Position numbers and translations under genes: made by a program
Assembly: GCA_963788655.1 (NCBI GenBank)
Contig: CAWBHS010000110.1
Coordinates: 32,001-96,000 of the forward strand
Length of the DNA stretch: 64,000 nucleotides
From: an uncultured Verrucomicrobiae bacterium
GTDB taxonomy: Bacteria > Verrucomicrobiota > Verrucomicrobiia > Limisphaerales > JAFGQR01
Reading direction: 5' to 3'
Shown here: in pieces, positions 20,138 through 31,471 of the stretch
Position numbering within the stretch: the stretch's first letter is position 1
Layout: the number at the start of each line of letters is the position of its first letter
The notes under the pieces: generated by a model
Database searches by the model: none
Told to the model about the DNA's origin: nothing
What the model saw: the letters and a program-made list of their open reading frames with translations, nothing else

Positions 20138-22961
20138 ATGCACATTCATTCGCTTTCGAAGCTGAGCGCGCGCGCGTATTTCCTGACCGCCGTCCTGTTC
20201 TGCAGTGCGACGGGAACCGGGTTGGCTCAACCAGAAACCACCCCTATTCCCTTGCCCGAGCATCCCCGGCCGGATTTTCAACGGCCGGCCTGGCAAAACT
20301 TGAATGGCCCCTGGCAGTTCCGTTTCGACAAAGCCGACGCCGGGTTGGCCGAACAGTGGTTTGCCGGCAACGTCAAATTTCCGGAGACGATCGTGGTCCC
20401 GTTCCCATGGGGCTCCGCGCTGTCCACCGTACCGGACCAGGCCCGGATCGCCTGGTATGGGCGCACCGTGCGAATGCCGGACGACTGGCGCGGACAGCGC
20501 GTGTTCCTCGTCATCGGCGCGTGCGATTGGGAAACGCAGGCTTGGCTGGACGGCAAACCGCTGGGCACGCACCGGGGCGGTTATACGCCCTTCGAGTTTG
20601 AGCTGACGCCGCAGCTCAAACCGGGCCAGGACCACCGCCTGGTGCTGCGCGTGGACGACGCGGATCGCCCCTTCAAACTCGAAGGCAAACAAGGTTATGG
20701 CAACGCCCGCGGTATCTGGCAAACCGTGTATTTGGAGGCCCGTCCGGCGACCCATTTGCAGACCATCCATTTTGTGCCGGACATCGACCGAGCCGTGGTT
20801 ACCGTGAAAGCAACTTTGAATCAGCCGGTGCCTGCCGGTGCGGAAATGCGTCTCCATTTCACGACCGGCAACGTCGCGGACACTCAACGTCCCGTCGCTC
20901 AAGGAACGCGCGACATTGAATTCGAAATGCCCATTCCTCAAGCACGTCTGTGGTCGCTGGACGATCCGTTTCTTTACGAAGTCACCGCCACCTTGCGGGC
21001 GGGCGAGGCGGTTGACACGGTATCCACCTATTTCGGTATGCGAAAAATTAGCGTGACCAATCTGCCGGGCACTGAGTTCCCCTACGTTGCGCTAAATGGC
21101 AAACCGGTTTATCTCGAAATCACCCTCGACCAGTCGTATCACCCGGAAGGCTTTTACACGTTTCCGAGCGACGCGTTCATGCGGGATGAAATTCTCCGCT
21201 CGCGCCGCCTCGGCCTGAACGCCAACCGGCTGCACGTGAAGATCGATGTGCCCCGCAAACTGTATTGGGCCGATCGGCTGGGATTGCTGCTCATGGCGGA
21301 CGTGCCGAATAGTTGGGGCGAGCCGGATTCCGACATGCGCCACGAAATCGAGTTCGCCCTGCGCGGCATGATCCAACGCGACTTCAATCATCCCGCCATC
21401 TTCGCCTGGGTGCCTTTCAACGAAACCTGGGGACTGTTCACCCGGCAAGGCGACCGGCGAACTTACCTGCCGGACACGCAGGAATGGGTGGCGTCCGTCT
21501 ATCGGCTGGCCCGGCAGCTCGATCCCACCCGATTGGTCGAAGACAATTCGCCGTGCAACCACGATCACGTGGTGACGGACATCAACAGTTGGCACGCGTA
21601 CCTGCCCGGCTATGCTTGGCGGGAACATCTCGATCAGGTGACCCACGACACCTTCCCGGGCTCGAAATGGAACTTTATTGGGGGACGCACTCAGGACCAC
21701 CAGCCGTTGCTGAACAGCGAGTGCGGCAACGTTTGGGGTTACGAGGGCAGCGCCGGCGACGTCGATTGGTGCTGGGATTATCACATCATGATGAATGAGT
21801 TCCGGCGCCATCCGAAAATCTGCGGCTGGCTCTACACCGAGCACCACGACGTGATCAACGAATGGAACGGCTATTACCGGTTTGATCGCTCCGCCAAATA
21901 CACCGGCCTGGAAGAGCTGGTGCCCGGCATGAGTTTGCGCGATTTGCACGGTGCGTTTTACCTCGCGCCCGGCGGGGACCAATGCCGCACGTGAAGCCCG
22001 GCGAGAAAGTCCAGGTGCCGCTTTGGGCTTCCTTCCTCACGGACCGCGCCGCGGGGAACCAGTTGCTTTTGCGCACGGAACTGTACGGCTGGGATTCGTT
22101 GGGCCAGCGGGAAACGTACGCGCAAGCCAACCGGCCAATTGCGTTCGAGCCGTGGATGTCGCGCGCGCTCAAGCCGGTGGAAATCACCATGCCTGACAAA
22201 TCCGCGGCTAGCGGTGCTGAGTTTTACGCTCGAAGACGGCACGGGCGGCGTGTTGCACCGGAACTTCACGACGTTCCTGGTGGCGGACGGACCGTCGCCG
22301 CGCCTGGCACCCGCCAAAATCAACGGCCGGGAAGTGCGGTTGCTCCGCTTCGCGCCCAACCAATTCACCTCGGCGCAATGGTCGGTGAAGCAATGGAATG
22401 TGTTCGACGGGTTGAAGGTCAACGGCGCGGGCCAGGGCTACTTCGAATACCGTTTGCCCTGGCCGCAGGGACTGGACCCGCAAGCCATCGCCAGTGCGCA
22501 GCCTGCGCTTTGAGGCGTCGGCCAAACAACTGTTCGGCAAGGACCGCGAGGGCGCCGCCCAACGGGAGGGCGATTTCATGCGCGGCAAAGGCACGCACGA
22601 TCCGAGTCGCAACCCGAACGCCTATCCGATGACCGACACGGAGTGTTACCCCAGTGCCGTGCGGGTGCGCGTCAACGGTGCGGTGGCCGGCACGTTCGAT
22701 TTGCCGGATGATCCCGCCGATCACCGGGGCATTCTTTCCTGGCACGCCCAATTGCGGGACAAGAAATTGCGCGAGGCCGGCTCGTATGGATACCTCATCA
22801 ATGCAACGATTCCCACCGCCGCGCTGCTTTCCGCCGCCGCCAGCGAAATTGTCGTGCGCCTCGAAGTCGATGCGGCCCTGGCAGGCGGTTTGGCCCTCTA
22901 CGGCGAACGGTTTGGTCGGTACCCAATGGATCCGACGCTGATCTTCGAGATGAAGCAATGA
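20138..22961 (+). CDS. Glycoside hydrolase family 2 (frameshifts near 21990, 22205, 22500)
   Basis: EHPRPDF...WQNLNGPWQF, GIWQTVYLE, LWSLDDPFLY, YWADRLGLL, NHPAIFAWVPFNETWG. Confidence 0.88.
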
Positions 22962-22977
22962 AGTGCCGCCCTGCGGC

Positions 22978-23047
22978 GTAGCGGCGTCTCAGAGCGCCAC
23001 AGACTCGCTGGGTCCAAGATGGCGGCGCTCTTCTGGGATGCCGTTAC
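22978..23047. repeat. GTAG-type REP doublet (family H)
   Basis: GTAGCGGCGTCTCAGAGCGCC ... GGCGCTCTTCTGGGATGCCGTTAC inverted pair; related copy at 51922. Confidence 0.6.
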
Positions 23048-23187
23048 GTGAAGGAACCACGGCTTTGACGCGGCGCGGGTACCAAGAAAATCCACCGGGT
23101 CGCCGAACTGTTGGCGAGCTTGTTTCAGCAATTGGCGCAAGTGGGTCAATTCGATGGAGTGCTTCGGATCGGATTCAGGTTGATCAA

Positions 23188-24684
23188 TTACTCCTGCTTG
23201 GCCGCCTTCTTCTTGGCCTTCCGCGGATTGGGCACCGGGCGATAGGCCTTGGCCCAGTTCGCGCGAACCAACGCTTTCAACTTCGCCACGACCGCTGCGT
23301 GCGCGGGATCGTCAATCAGGTTGTGCTGTTCGCCCGGATCGTTGGCGTAGTCATGGAGTTCAGCGCCTTTGTCGCCATTGTCCCATTCCGTGTAACGCCA
23401 GCGTTCAGTGCGGACGCTGTAGCCGGGAAACCGGCCGCGCCACACCTGCGTGAAGGCCGGCTGGTCCCACGCGGCCTGCGGGTTGTCCAGCAACGGCTTG
23501 AGGCTGCGCCCCTCGAGGCTCGGCGGCGGGGTCAGGCCGCACAGGTCCGCCAGCGTGGGATAGAGATCCAGCAGTTCCACCGTGCGCGGACACGACCGGC
23601 CTTTGGTCGTTTGGTCCGGCGTCGCGATGATCAACGGCACGCGGGCGGAATTCTCGAACAAGCTTTGTTTCATCCACAGGCCGTTTTCCCCGACGTGATA
23701 GCCATTATCGCTCCAAAAGACGACAATGGTTTTTTCGCTCAAGTGGAGACGTTCGAGGGAGGCCAGCAGCCGGCCCACTTGGGCGTCCATAAATTCAATC
23801 GCCGCCCAGTAGGCGTGCTTGCTTTCGCGCGCCTGGGCTTTGGTCACTCCAAACCAGGGCCAGGGTTTGGTGAAAGTCGTGGCCGGCACCGGCACCTGGG
23901 TCAGCCAGGCGGCCGACACGTCCGGCATGCGTGTCTGCTCGAAGGGCACGTGTTCGAAATACTTCCGCGGAGCCACATACGGACAGTGCGGTCGATAAAA
24001 GCCGCAGGCGATGAAGAACGGACGGTCCCGGTTGGCTTCGAGCAGCTTGATGGTTTCCGTGGCGCCAATGCCGTCGGTTTGTTCTTCGTCCGTACCGTCG
24101 GCGGCGAGGAAACTCAACGAACTGCCGAGCCCGCGTTTGGGCGTGCAATTGGTGAGCTTGCCTTCCTCGTCTTTGTCGCGCCCGCGCGGATTGACGAATT
24201 GGTCCCAGGATGCCGGATCATCGAGGCCGCTGGTACCGATCTGGCCCGGCACGCCGTAGTGGTAAATTTTCCCGACGCGCGCCGCAAAATAGCCGTGGCG
24301 CTTGAACATTTGCGGGAGGGTGACCACGTCGGGCAGCACTCGGCGGAAATGCTTCTTCAGATCGAAAACCTGCGTGGTATCCGGACGCAAGCCCGTCATC
24401 AATGAAGTGCGGCTGGGACTGCACAAGGGGAATTGGCAATACGCCCGCTCGAAACGGATGCCCCGGGCGGCCAGCCGGTCGATGTTTGGCGTTTGCACCA
24501 CGGCGTTGCCGTAGCAGCCCAAGTCGCAGTTCAGATCGTCGGTGGCGATGAACAGGACGTTGTACCTGACCCTTGGGGTTTCCGCCACGGCGGCGTATAG
24601 AAGTTGGCAACTCAGGAAGAGGGCCAGCGCCAGCGCAGTTCCGGTTGTTTGGCGTCCAATTGAACGAAGGAGTTTGGGCTTCAT
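23188..24684 (-). CDS. Sulfatase (iduronate/choline-sulfatase-like)
   Basis: NVLFIATDDL, CSPSRTSLMTG formylglycine motif, GKIYH, GFYRPHCP, SDNGYH. Confidence 0.92.
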   Translation of the reverse strand: MKPKLLRSIGRQTTGTALALALFLSCQLLYAAVAETPRVRYNVLFIATDDLNCDLGCYGNAVVQTPNIDRLAARGIRFERAYCQFPLCSPSRTSLMTGLRPDTTQVFDLKKHFRRVLPDVVTLPQMFKRHGYFAARVGKIYHYGVPGQIGTSGLDDPASWDQFVNPRGRDKDEEGKLTNCTPKRGLGSSLSFLAADGTDEEQTDGIGATETIKLLEANRDRPFFIACGFYRPHCPYVAPRKYFEHVPFEQTRMPDVSAAWLTQVPVPATTFTKPWPWFGVTKAQARESKHAYWAAIEFMDAQVGRLLASLERLHLSEKTIVVFWSDNGYHVGENGLWMKQSLFENSARVPLIIATPDQTTKGRSCPRTVELLDLYPTLADLCGLTPPPSLEGRSLKPLLDNPQAAWDQPAFTQVWRGRFPGYSVRTERWRYTEWDNGDKGAELHDYANDPGEQHNLIDDPAHAAVVAKLKALVRANWAKAYRPVPNPRKAKKKAAKQE

Positions 24685-24743
24685 TGATTCAAGGTATAAC
24701 TCGACTCCACCCGCAGCGCGACTCCGGTTTCCAGCGCCCGAAC

Positions 24744-25535
24744 TTACCACGGTCGCGAGAGCCGCGAGGGCTCGTCCACCACCGGGATGGCTGACCGCAA
24801 GGCCCGGTGCCCAATGGCGCCGATGGATTCGACGTATTTAGCCGCGCCGCCCTGCATCACGTTAAAGGTACGCACCAAGTCGCCGAACCAATCCGGAAAC
24901 CGGTTGGTGAATTTCAATTCCAGGATGACCAACGGGGTAAAGCTTTTGTGGGGGTGGTGGACTTCGGTCGTCAGGTGGCTGGTTAAATTCGGTTCGGCCA
25001 CCACGTCGCGATCCATGGTCAGGCGATAGGTGTCATCATCGCTGACGTAGGCCTCCCGGAGGTAGGCAATGTGAACTTTGGGCTTGGCGCGCAGCTTGGC
25101 CGTGAGTTCGCTGAACCGCTGCAGCGCCATTAATTGGCCGGGATTCTTTCGGGACACCAGGTATTCCATTTCGGGGAAATTCCCGTTCAACAACAAATCC
25201 ACAGCAGAGCGCCGCACACCGCCCCGTTGTTTCATGATGATATTGTTCATGCGGCGTTTGATTTCGAAGAAGACGGGCGAGTCCGGATTGGTGCTGTAAA
25301 ACCGGATGCGCAGTTTGAACCGGTTTTTCATCCCGTTGATCGTGTCCCAATAGGTTTTCAGATCGTCCGAATCCAGGTAAAGACTGTGTACCGGATAGGA
25401 AAAGTTCGGCCGCCCCACGCTGTACTCGTCAAAATCCAGGTAGGTCTGCACATAATCGCGCACGCGCAAAGCCGTTTCCTCGCTGATCAAGTATTTCAGC
25501 TCGAAACGCTGTTTCTGCATCCGGTCTCTGGCCAT
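24744..25535 (-). CDS. VTC (polyphosphate polymerase) domain protein
   Basis: RFELKYLI, SLYLD, RFKLRIRFY, FFEIKRR, YLREAY, RLTMD, ILELKF. Confidence 0.85.
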   Translation of the reverse strand: MARDRMQKQRFELKYLISEETALRVRDYVQTYLDFDEYSVGRPNFSYPVHSLYLDSDDLKTYWDTINGMKNRFKLRIRFYSTNPDSPVFFEIKRRMNNIIMKQRGGVRRSAVDLLLNGNFPEMEYLVSRKNPGQLMALQRFSELTAKLRAKPKVHIAYLREAYVSDDDTYRLTMDRDVVAEPNLTSHLTTEVHHPHKSFTPLVILELKFTNRFPDWFGDLVRTFNVMQGGAAKYVESIGAIGHRALRSAIPVVDEPSRLSRPW

Positions 25536-25671
25536 AATTCAACTCGCAGGGTCGGAATAAGGGCTAGAATTATTGGCACCACTTGGGGGGGGAACGCAAC
25601 TTTTTTCCGTGCAACAATTTATCCTTCGCCGAACGAGAGGTCTTGATCAGTGTGAGCCGCCCCGTCGTTGA

Positions 25672-26247
25672 GCGTGCTGCCGGCGTCTCGCCGGCAGAAA
25701 CGAACACGACCGGCGCGCTCGGACTTTTGTCATCTTCGATTGAAACGCTTTCCTCCGTTCGGTCTGCCGGCAGGAATGAATGGTGAGGCGACCACCGAGT
25801 GCAGATGCGCGGAGGAAAGGGCCAATGACCAAGCCTTAGAAAAGAAGCAATTCCTAAACGCCAGTGCATGAACAAGCGTCTGACACAGCTTGATTTGGGT
25901 ATTGAGCCTTGGACATTCTCTGGTCATTGGGTATCGGACATTGGTCATTTACAACGCTCCGTTCCAAACTGCCGGCAAGATGCCGGCAGCACGTTGGCAA
26001 CGTGCTGTCCGGCGTCCCGCCGGCAGGAATGAATGGTGAGGCGAGCAGCGAGTGCAGATGCGTGGAGGAACGGGCCAATGACCAAGCCTTAGAAAAGAAG
26101 CAATTCCTAAACGCCAGTGCATGAACAAGCGTCTGACACAGCTTGATTTGGGTATTGAGCCTTGGACATTCTCTGGTCATTGGGTATCGGACATTGGTCA
26201 TTTACCAACACTCCGTTCCAAACTGCCGGCAAGATGCCGGCAACACG
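25672..26247. repeat. Composite REP-A cluster with a 253-bp tandem duplication enclosing heptamer repeats
   Basis: REP-A doublet at 25672-25773, then near-identical blocks 25766-25993 and 26019-26247. Confidence 0.9.
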
Positions 26248-26357
26248 ATGAGAGTAAGCGTAACCGACTGCACGCAAGGTTCAGGAACTCCCAGCGAGAT
26301 CATCGGCCAGCTTTCCCCTTGGACCGTCCAGGCGTCGCCCGTTACCATCGCACGCCC

Positions 26358-26822
26358 ATGAACAAGCAGCAGATTTATGAGGAAGTGCTGGTCAAATTGC
26401 GCGGTTACCTGGCGGATGAAACCGATTTTATTGCCGCCATGGCCACGGTGGCGTGTGAACTGTTCCATTCCTTCGAGCACTTCCATTGGGCGGGGTTCTA
26501 CCGGGTCGTGGGTGAGGGCCTGTTGAAAATCGGGCCGTACCAGGGCCCCCACGGTTGCACCACCATCCGGTTCGACCAGGGCGTTTGCGGGGCGTGTGCG
26601 CGCAGCCGGCAAGTCCAGATGGTTAACGATGTTTCCCAAGCGCCGCATCACATCGCCTGCTCCAGCACCACTCAATCCGAGTTGGTCGTGCCGGTGTTCG
26701 ATGCGGCGACACAATTGATCGCGGTTTTGGATATTGATTCGAATTCGTTAAACGCCTTCGACGCAGCGGACACCACCGGCCTTCAGCAAGTGACGCAACT
26801 GTTCGCCCAACGAATCTGGTGA
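26358..26822 (+). CDS. msrC: GAF-domain protein, free methionine-(R)-sulfoxide reductase-like
   Basis: WAGFY, GPYQG...C, GVCGAC, HIACSSTTQSELVVP, VLDIDS. Confidence 0.8.
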   Translation: MNKQQIYEEVLVKLRGYLADETDFIAAMATVACELFHSFEHFHWAGFYRVVGEGLLKIGPYQGPHGCTTIRFDQGVCGACARSRQVQMVNDVSQAPHHIACSSTTQSELVVPVFDAATQLIAVLDIDSNSLNAFDAADTTGLQQVTQLFAQRIW

Positions 26823-28178
26823 TCAGATGCGGGCCGGATCCGGATGCTCCCACGGGGCGCGATACGGCCGGCGCAAGAGCTTGTTCGCTTCATCATCGCC
26901 GCGCATCCGGCCTTGGGCTTCGTCCCAGGCCAGGCTGCGACCGAGCTTCATGGAGAGATTGGCGAGAATGCACGAGGTGGTGGAGATGTAGCCTTGCTCG
27001 ATGTCCGCCACCGGCCGGCCCCGGGAGGCAATGTTGGCGAGCAAATCCTGCATGTGCCAGCGAATGGCGGAGGCGCAATGCTTCTCCAATCCCTTCTCCG
27101 TCTGGTCTTCCGGGTATTTGTCGTATTCGTAGAGCGGTTCGCCGTGCAGCGCTTCGCCTTTGCCCAACGGGATGAAGTCGTAGCTGAATACGCTGGCTTT
27201 CAACGTGCCCTTGTCGCCGTAGAAGGTCGCGCTCCACGGGTATTTGGGATCGACGCCTTCGCCCCAGGTGCGATGGTTCCACACAATCTGCAAATCGTCG
27301 TGATCGAACGTGGCGGTTTGCGTGTCCGAAATGTTCGCCTTGCTGGCTTTGTCCACCAGAATGCCGCCGGAGGAAGCAACCGATTTCGGCCAGCCCAATT
27401 CGAGCATCCACCGCACCATGTCGTACATGTGAATGGCCATGTCGCCCATGATGCCGTTGCCATATTCCATGAACGCCCGCCAGCCGCGCGGATGCGTCCA
27501 TTTGCAGAACGGCCGCATGGGCGCCGGCCCGGTCCACATCTCGTAATCCAAATACGGCGGCGGGTCGATGTCCGGCGGATTGCCCGAAGCGCGCATGTGC
27601 CAGTAACAGCAGATTTCCACGTGCGCGATCTTGCCCAGCCGGCCTTCCTTGATGACGCGGTCGCGCGCCTCGATCAAGTGCGGCGTGCTGCGCCGTTGGG
27701 TGCCGACCTGCACCACGCGTTTGTGCTTGCGAGCGGCGGCCAACATGGCCTGGCCTTCGAGGATGTCCACGCTGATCGGTTTCTGCACCCAGATATCCGC
27801 CCCGGCTTCGGTCGCGGCGATCATCGGCAGCGCGTGCCAGTGGTCGGGCGTATCAATCAGCACGATGTCGAGGTCTTTTTCCTTGAGCATCTCCCGGTAA
27901 TCGCCGTAGGTGCGCGGCTTCTTGCCGGATTTCTGGCGCGACGCCACAATGTCCGCCGCCTCGGCCAGCATGCGCTTGTCCACGTCGCAGAGGGAAACCA
28001 CCTCGACCGGCGCCACCTGAATCAAGCGGAGCAAATCACACTTGCCGTACCAACCGGTGCCAATGAGGCCCACGCGCTTTTTCTGATCGGCGAATTCGGC
28101 GGCAAAATTGCGGAAGGAAGATAACGCCAAGCTCGCGGCGCCCACCCCACTGACTTGAAGGAATTTTCTGCGATTCAT
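26823..28178 (-). CDS. Gfo/Idh/MocA oxidoreductase, Tat-exported
   Basis: MNRRKFL Tat signal, GLIGTGWYG, TPDHWHA, QKP, QVGTQRRS. Confidence 0.9.
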   Translation of the reverse strand: MNRRKFLQVSGVGAASLALSSFRNFAAEFADQKKRVGLIGTGWYGKCDLLRLIQVAPVEVVSLCDVDKRMLAEAADIVASRQKSGKKPRTYGDYREMLKEKDLDIVLIDTPDHWHALPMIAATEAGADIWVQKPISVDILEGQAMLAAARKHKRVVQVGTQRRSTPHLIEARDRVIKEGRLGKIAHVEICCYWHMRASGNPPDIDPPPYLDYEMWTGPAPMRPFCKWTHPRGWRAFMEYGNGIMGDMAIHMYDMVRWMLELGWPKSVASSGGILVDKASKANISDTQTATFDHDDLQIVWNHRTWGEGVDPKYPWSATFYGDKGTLKASVFSYDFIPLGKGEALHGEPLYEYDKYPEDQTEKGLEKHCASAIRWHMQDLLANIASRGRPVADIEQGYISTTSCILANLSMKLGRSLAWDEAQGRMRGDDEANKLLRRPYRAPWEHPDPARI

Positions 28179-28309
28179 GATGACATTTTTAGTCCCAAGC
28201 ACGGCACAAACACAAGCAATCAAAAAACGAATTCCTCCGGCCATGACATGACCGTGCCGCCGTCACAAATCGCAAATTCGAAAAGGCCCTCAACTCCTTC
28301 ACCTCCCCG

Positions 28310-28479
28310 GTAGGGCGAGACTCCGTGGAGTCCTGACTTCCCCGGAGCAGGATCGACCAACAGACGGCGCTGAATGGAGAATCCATGGCGTTCGAAATAC
28401 AATGGACTTCCCGCGGTTTCGGTTTTTGGTATCCGGAAGCGATGCGGGGAAGTCAGGGCTCGACGGAGTCTCGCCCTAC
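28310..28479. repeat. GTAG-type REP doublet (family C)
   Basis: 35-bp inverted repeat GTAGGGCGAGACTCCGT(G/C)GAG(T/C)CCTGACTTCCCCG with 2 mismatches. Confidence 0.85.
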
Positions 28480-28645
28480 CGGGTTGGTTTCGTCAAAACA
28501 CGCAATGCTCGATACCATCCGGCATTTGGCCTCCCGCCTCCCGCCTCCCCACATTCTCCTTTCAGCGGTCAATTCGCAGTTGCGTCCCCGCCCGTCTCCG
28601 GGTTTGCTGGGCGCGGTGGATCGCAACCAGTCTCCGGAAACACCG

Positions 28646-30466
28646 ATGAACGCTGAACCGGCACCCGCGCCACCGCGCGCGGTCAGCCACCGCGCTGGTT
28701 TGCCGGTCGGATTCATGGTGGTGGTGGGTATTTTGGCCTTTGGCTCACTGGGCCTGGAGCACGGGTTCAACATCAGTGATGCGATTGCTACCGCGCTGAC
28801 TTTCCTCAACTTATTGCTGGCGGGATGCTATTTGGCAGATCGGGTATTGGTATTGATCCGTTCGAAGCACCGTCGGGAAGCCTTGCTCCAGCGGAAGTTT
28901 GAGTATGGGGTGCTGGGCTTGTTCTTCCTGATGCTCGTGATCTATTTGGTGCTGCCGGGGCCGGCGTTTCTCAATGTGATCCGGACCCTGCACCAGTCGT
29001 CTTCGCAATCGTTGCTCCTGGATGTCGTCCAGCTTTTCTTGCTGGCCAACCTGCTGATTCAATTCTTGCGCTTACAGCAACGCATCCTGGTGAAAGGCGT
29101 GCGGCCCGAGTTGATCTTGACCGGTTCCTTCCTGGTGCTGATCGGCGCGGGCACGCTGCTGTTGTTGTTGCCCCGGGCCGGCGCGCCGTTGCAGAAGCCC
29201 ATCGGGTTCATGGACGCCTTGTTCACGTCCACCAGCGCGTGCTGCGTGACCGGCTTGGTGGTGCGTGACACGGGAACCGCATTCTCCGGGTTTGGCCAGA
29301 CGGTGATCATGCTGCTGTTCCAGACTGGCGGGCTCGGCATCATGACGTTTGTGGCCTTCCTCTCGGTGTCCTCGAGCAAGTCGCTGCCCATGTCGCACAT
29401 GCTGGCTTTCAAACATATCGTGAGCGCCCGGACGCTGGCTGGATTGAAACGGCAAGTGTGGGCCATCGTCTCGGTGACGCTGTTGATTGAGGTGGTGGGC
29501 GCCATCTGTTTGTATGCCAGTCTGCCGCCGGGAGCAGATCTCTTCGAGCGGATGCGCTGGAGCTTGTTTCATTCGATCTCGGCGTTTTGCAATGCCGGGT
29601 TTGCTCTCCAGGCCGATAGTCTGATGCCCTTCCAAGGCAACGCCGGCCTCATGGTCACGTTCATGGGGCTCATCGTTTTGGGCGGACTCGGATTCTTGGT
29701 GATTCCCGATCTGGTGGGCATCCAGGTGACGCGGTTGCCATTGATTCGGCGCATGCCCATGGTGCGGCGGTTCAACCAGCACTTGGCGGCCCGGCGGTTG
29801 CCGATTCAGACGCGGCTCTCGGTGCTGGTTTCCGTCGCGCTGCTGCTCGGCGGGTTCGCGGTTTTCTGGCTGCTGGAAGGGCATCATATTATGCACGGCC
29901 AATCTTGGGGCAATCGCGTGCTGATGGCGGCGTTTCAATCGGTCACCTGCCGCACCGCCGGTTTCAATTCCGTGCCCATTGATCGATTGCAGGATACCAC
30001 GCTGATTCTGCTGATGGGTTTGATGGTCATCGGCGCCTGCCCGGTTTCGACCGGGGGCGGCATTAAGACGGTGACCTTCGGGGTGTTGTTGCTGGCCCTG
30101 CGGGCGATGATTACCGGACGGGAACGGGTCGAAGTCTTTGGCCGGACGTTGCCGATGAAAGTCCTGTTTGCGGCGTTGAGTGTGTTTGTGCTGTACGTCG
30201 TGGTGGCCGTGTGCGGCGTGTTCGCTTTGTCATTGTTTGATCCGCAGATGACCTTGCAGAGCCAGACGTTTGAGGTGGTGTCGGCGCTTAGCACGGTCGG
30301 GCTTTCCACCGGCATCACCGCGCAGTTGAGTGTGGCCAGCAAACTGGTCTTGTGCCTGGCGATGTTCATCGGGCGCATCGGCCCCATTTCGCTGGTGTTG
30401 TCGATGTTTCGCAGCGGTTACCAATTGAACTACGAGTATCCGGAAGAAGATCTGGTCGTGGGCTGA
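28646..30466 (+). CDS. Trk/Ktr potassium uptake membrane subunit (KtrB/TrkH family)
   Basis: FTSTSACCVTGL, SAFCNAGF, SVTCRTAGFN, STGGGIK, SALSTVGLS pore-loop motifs. Confidence 0.9.
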   Translation: MNAEPAPAPPRAVSHRAGLPVGFMVVVGILAFGSLGLEHGFNISDAIATALTFLNLLLAGCYLADRVLVLIRSKHRREALLQRKFEYGVLGLFFLMLVIYLVLPGPAFLNVIRTLHQSSSQSLLLDVVQLFLLANLLIQFLRLQQRILVKGVRPELILTGSFLVLIGAGTLLLLLPRAGAPLQKPIGFMDALFTSTSACCVTGLVVRDTGTAFSGFGQTVIMLLFQTGGLGIMTFVAFLSVSSSKSLPMSHMLAFKHIVSARTLAGLKRQVWAIVSVTLLIEVVGAICLYASLPPGADLFERMRWSLFHSISAFCNAGFALQADSLMPFQGNAGLMVTFMGLIVLGGLGFLVIPDLVGIQVTRLPLIRRMPMVRRFNQHLAARRLPIQTRLSVLVSVALLLGGFAVFWLLEGHHIMHGQSWGNRVLMAAFQSVTCRTAGFNSVPIDRLQDTTLILLMGLMVIGACPVSTGGGIKTVTFGVLLLALRAMITGRERVEVFGRTLPMKVLFAALSVFVLYVVVAVCGVFALSLFDPQMTLQSQTFEVVSALSTVGLSTGITAQLSVASKLVLCLAMFIGRIGPISLVLSMFRSGYQLNYEYPEEDLVVG

Positions 30467-30502
30467 GCCCCGGGACCGGGAACGTGTTAACCATACCTGA
30501 CT

Positions 30503-31183
30503 ATGAAATGTGTGATTGTTGGACTGGGTGAATTTGGCCGGGCGGCCGCCGTGGGCCTGGCGCGCGCCGGCGCGGAAGTGATCGCCGTGGATACCAAGAT
30601 GGAGCGCGTCAATCTGGTCAAGGACGAGGTGGCGCTGGCCATCAAGTTGGACGGACGCCAGCGAGACGAATTGAAGTCGCACGGCATTGGGGACGCCGAT
30701 GTGTTGGTGGCCGCGATTGGTGAGGACTTCGAGGCCCAGGTCCTGTTGATCGTCCACGCCCGGAAGCTGGGCATCAAACGCATTGTCGCGCGCGCAACCT
30801 CGATGGACCATCGCCGGGTGCTGGAAGCGGTGGGGGCCGACGAAGTGTTCAACCCGGAAGAGGAAGCGGCGCATTGGATGGTGCGGCGGCTGACGATCAC
30901 CAACATTTCCAATTACTACGAACTGGCCGAAGGCTTCAGCATCGTGGAAGCCAAAGCCCCGCCCGGCATCACGGGCAAGACTTTGCGCGACCTGGATCTG
31001 CGCCGACGATTCCGCATCAATCTGGTCGCCATCAAAAAAGTCGAAATCGGACCGGAGGGCGAGGAATCGCTCAAGTCGTTCAATCCGGTGCCACTCCCGG
31101 ATGAAGTCATCCAGCCCAACGACGTGCTGGCCCTGCTCGGCAGTGTGCTGGATTTGGCTTCGTTCATGGGGGAGTACTCTTGA
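30503..31183 (+). CDS. Trk/Ktr RCK regulatory subunit (KtrA/TrkA family)
   Basis: VIVGLGEFG Rossmann motif, VFNPEEE, TrkA-C GKTLRDLDLR. Confidence 0.9.
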   Translation: MKCVIVGLGEFGRAAAVGLARAGAEVIAVDTKMERVNLVKDEVALAIKLDGRQRDELKSHGIGDADVLVAAIGEDFEAQVLLIVHARKLGIKRIVARATSMDHRRVLEAVGADEVFNPEEEAAHWMVRRLTITNISNYYELAEGFSIVEAKAPPGITGKTLRDLDLRRRFRINLVAIKKVEIGPEGEESLKSFNPVPLPDEVIQPNDVLALLGSVLDLASFMGEYS

Positions 31184-31285
31184 TTCGCCGCCCGCATGCG
31201 CCGCCCGCACCTTGCGCCTGGCACTACCTTCCGGTGCCCTGCCTATCTGGCCGCCGCAGTTGCAACAAAAGAAGCGCGAACGTTT

Positions 31286-31471
31286 CTATTTTTGAGCGGC
31301 GGGAGCGTTGGTTTGTGCCGGCGCATTCAAGGCTTTGATGCGTTTGATCCTGGCCACCTCGACGAGCAACCAGAGCACGGCCAGGAACACAAACAAGAGG
31401 AAGGCCGCCAGCACATACTTCGGCCACGCGTATTTCCTTGGGCTGGTGCGCACAGGTTCAGTCATAGGCAA
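31286..31471 (-). CDS. Small single-TM protein
   Basis: YAWPKYVLAAFLLFVFLAVLWLLVEV hydrophobic helix followed by basic residues. Confidence 0.55.
   Translation of the reverse strand: MPMTEPVRTSPRKYAWPKYVLAAFLLFVFLAVLWLLVEVARIKRIKALNAPAQTNAPAAQK

Noticed and set aside
28385..28645. N-terminal extension of the K+ transporter
   Set aside because: It runs through a REP-C arm; ATG 28646 just before the first TM helix is more plausible, though an earlier start cannot be excluded.
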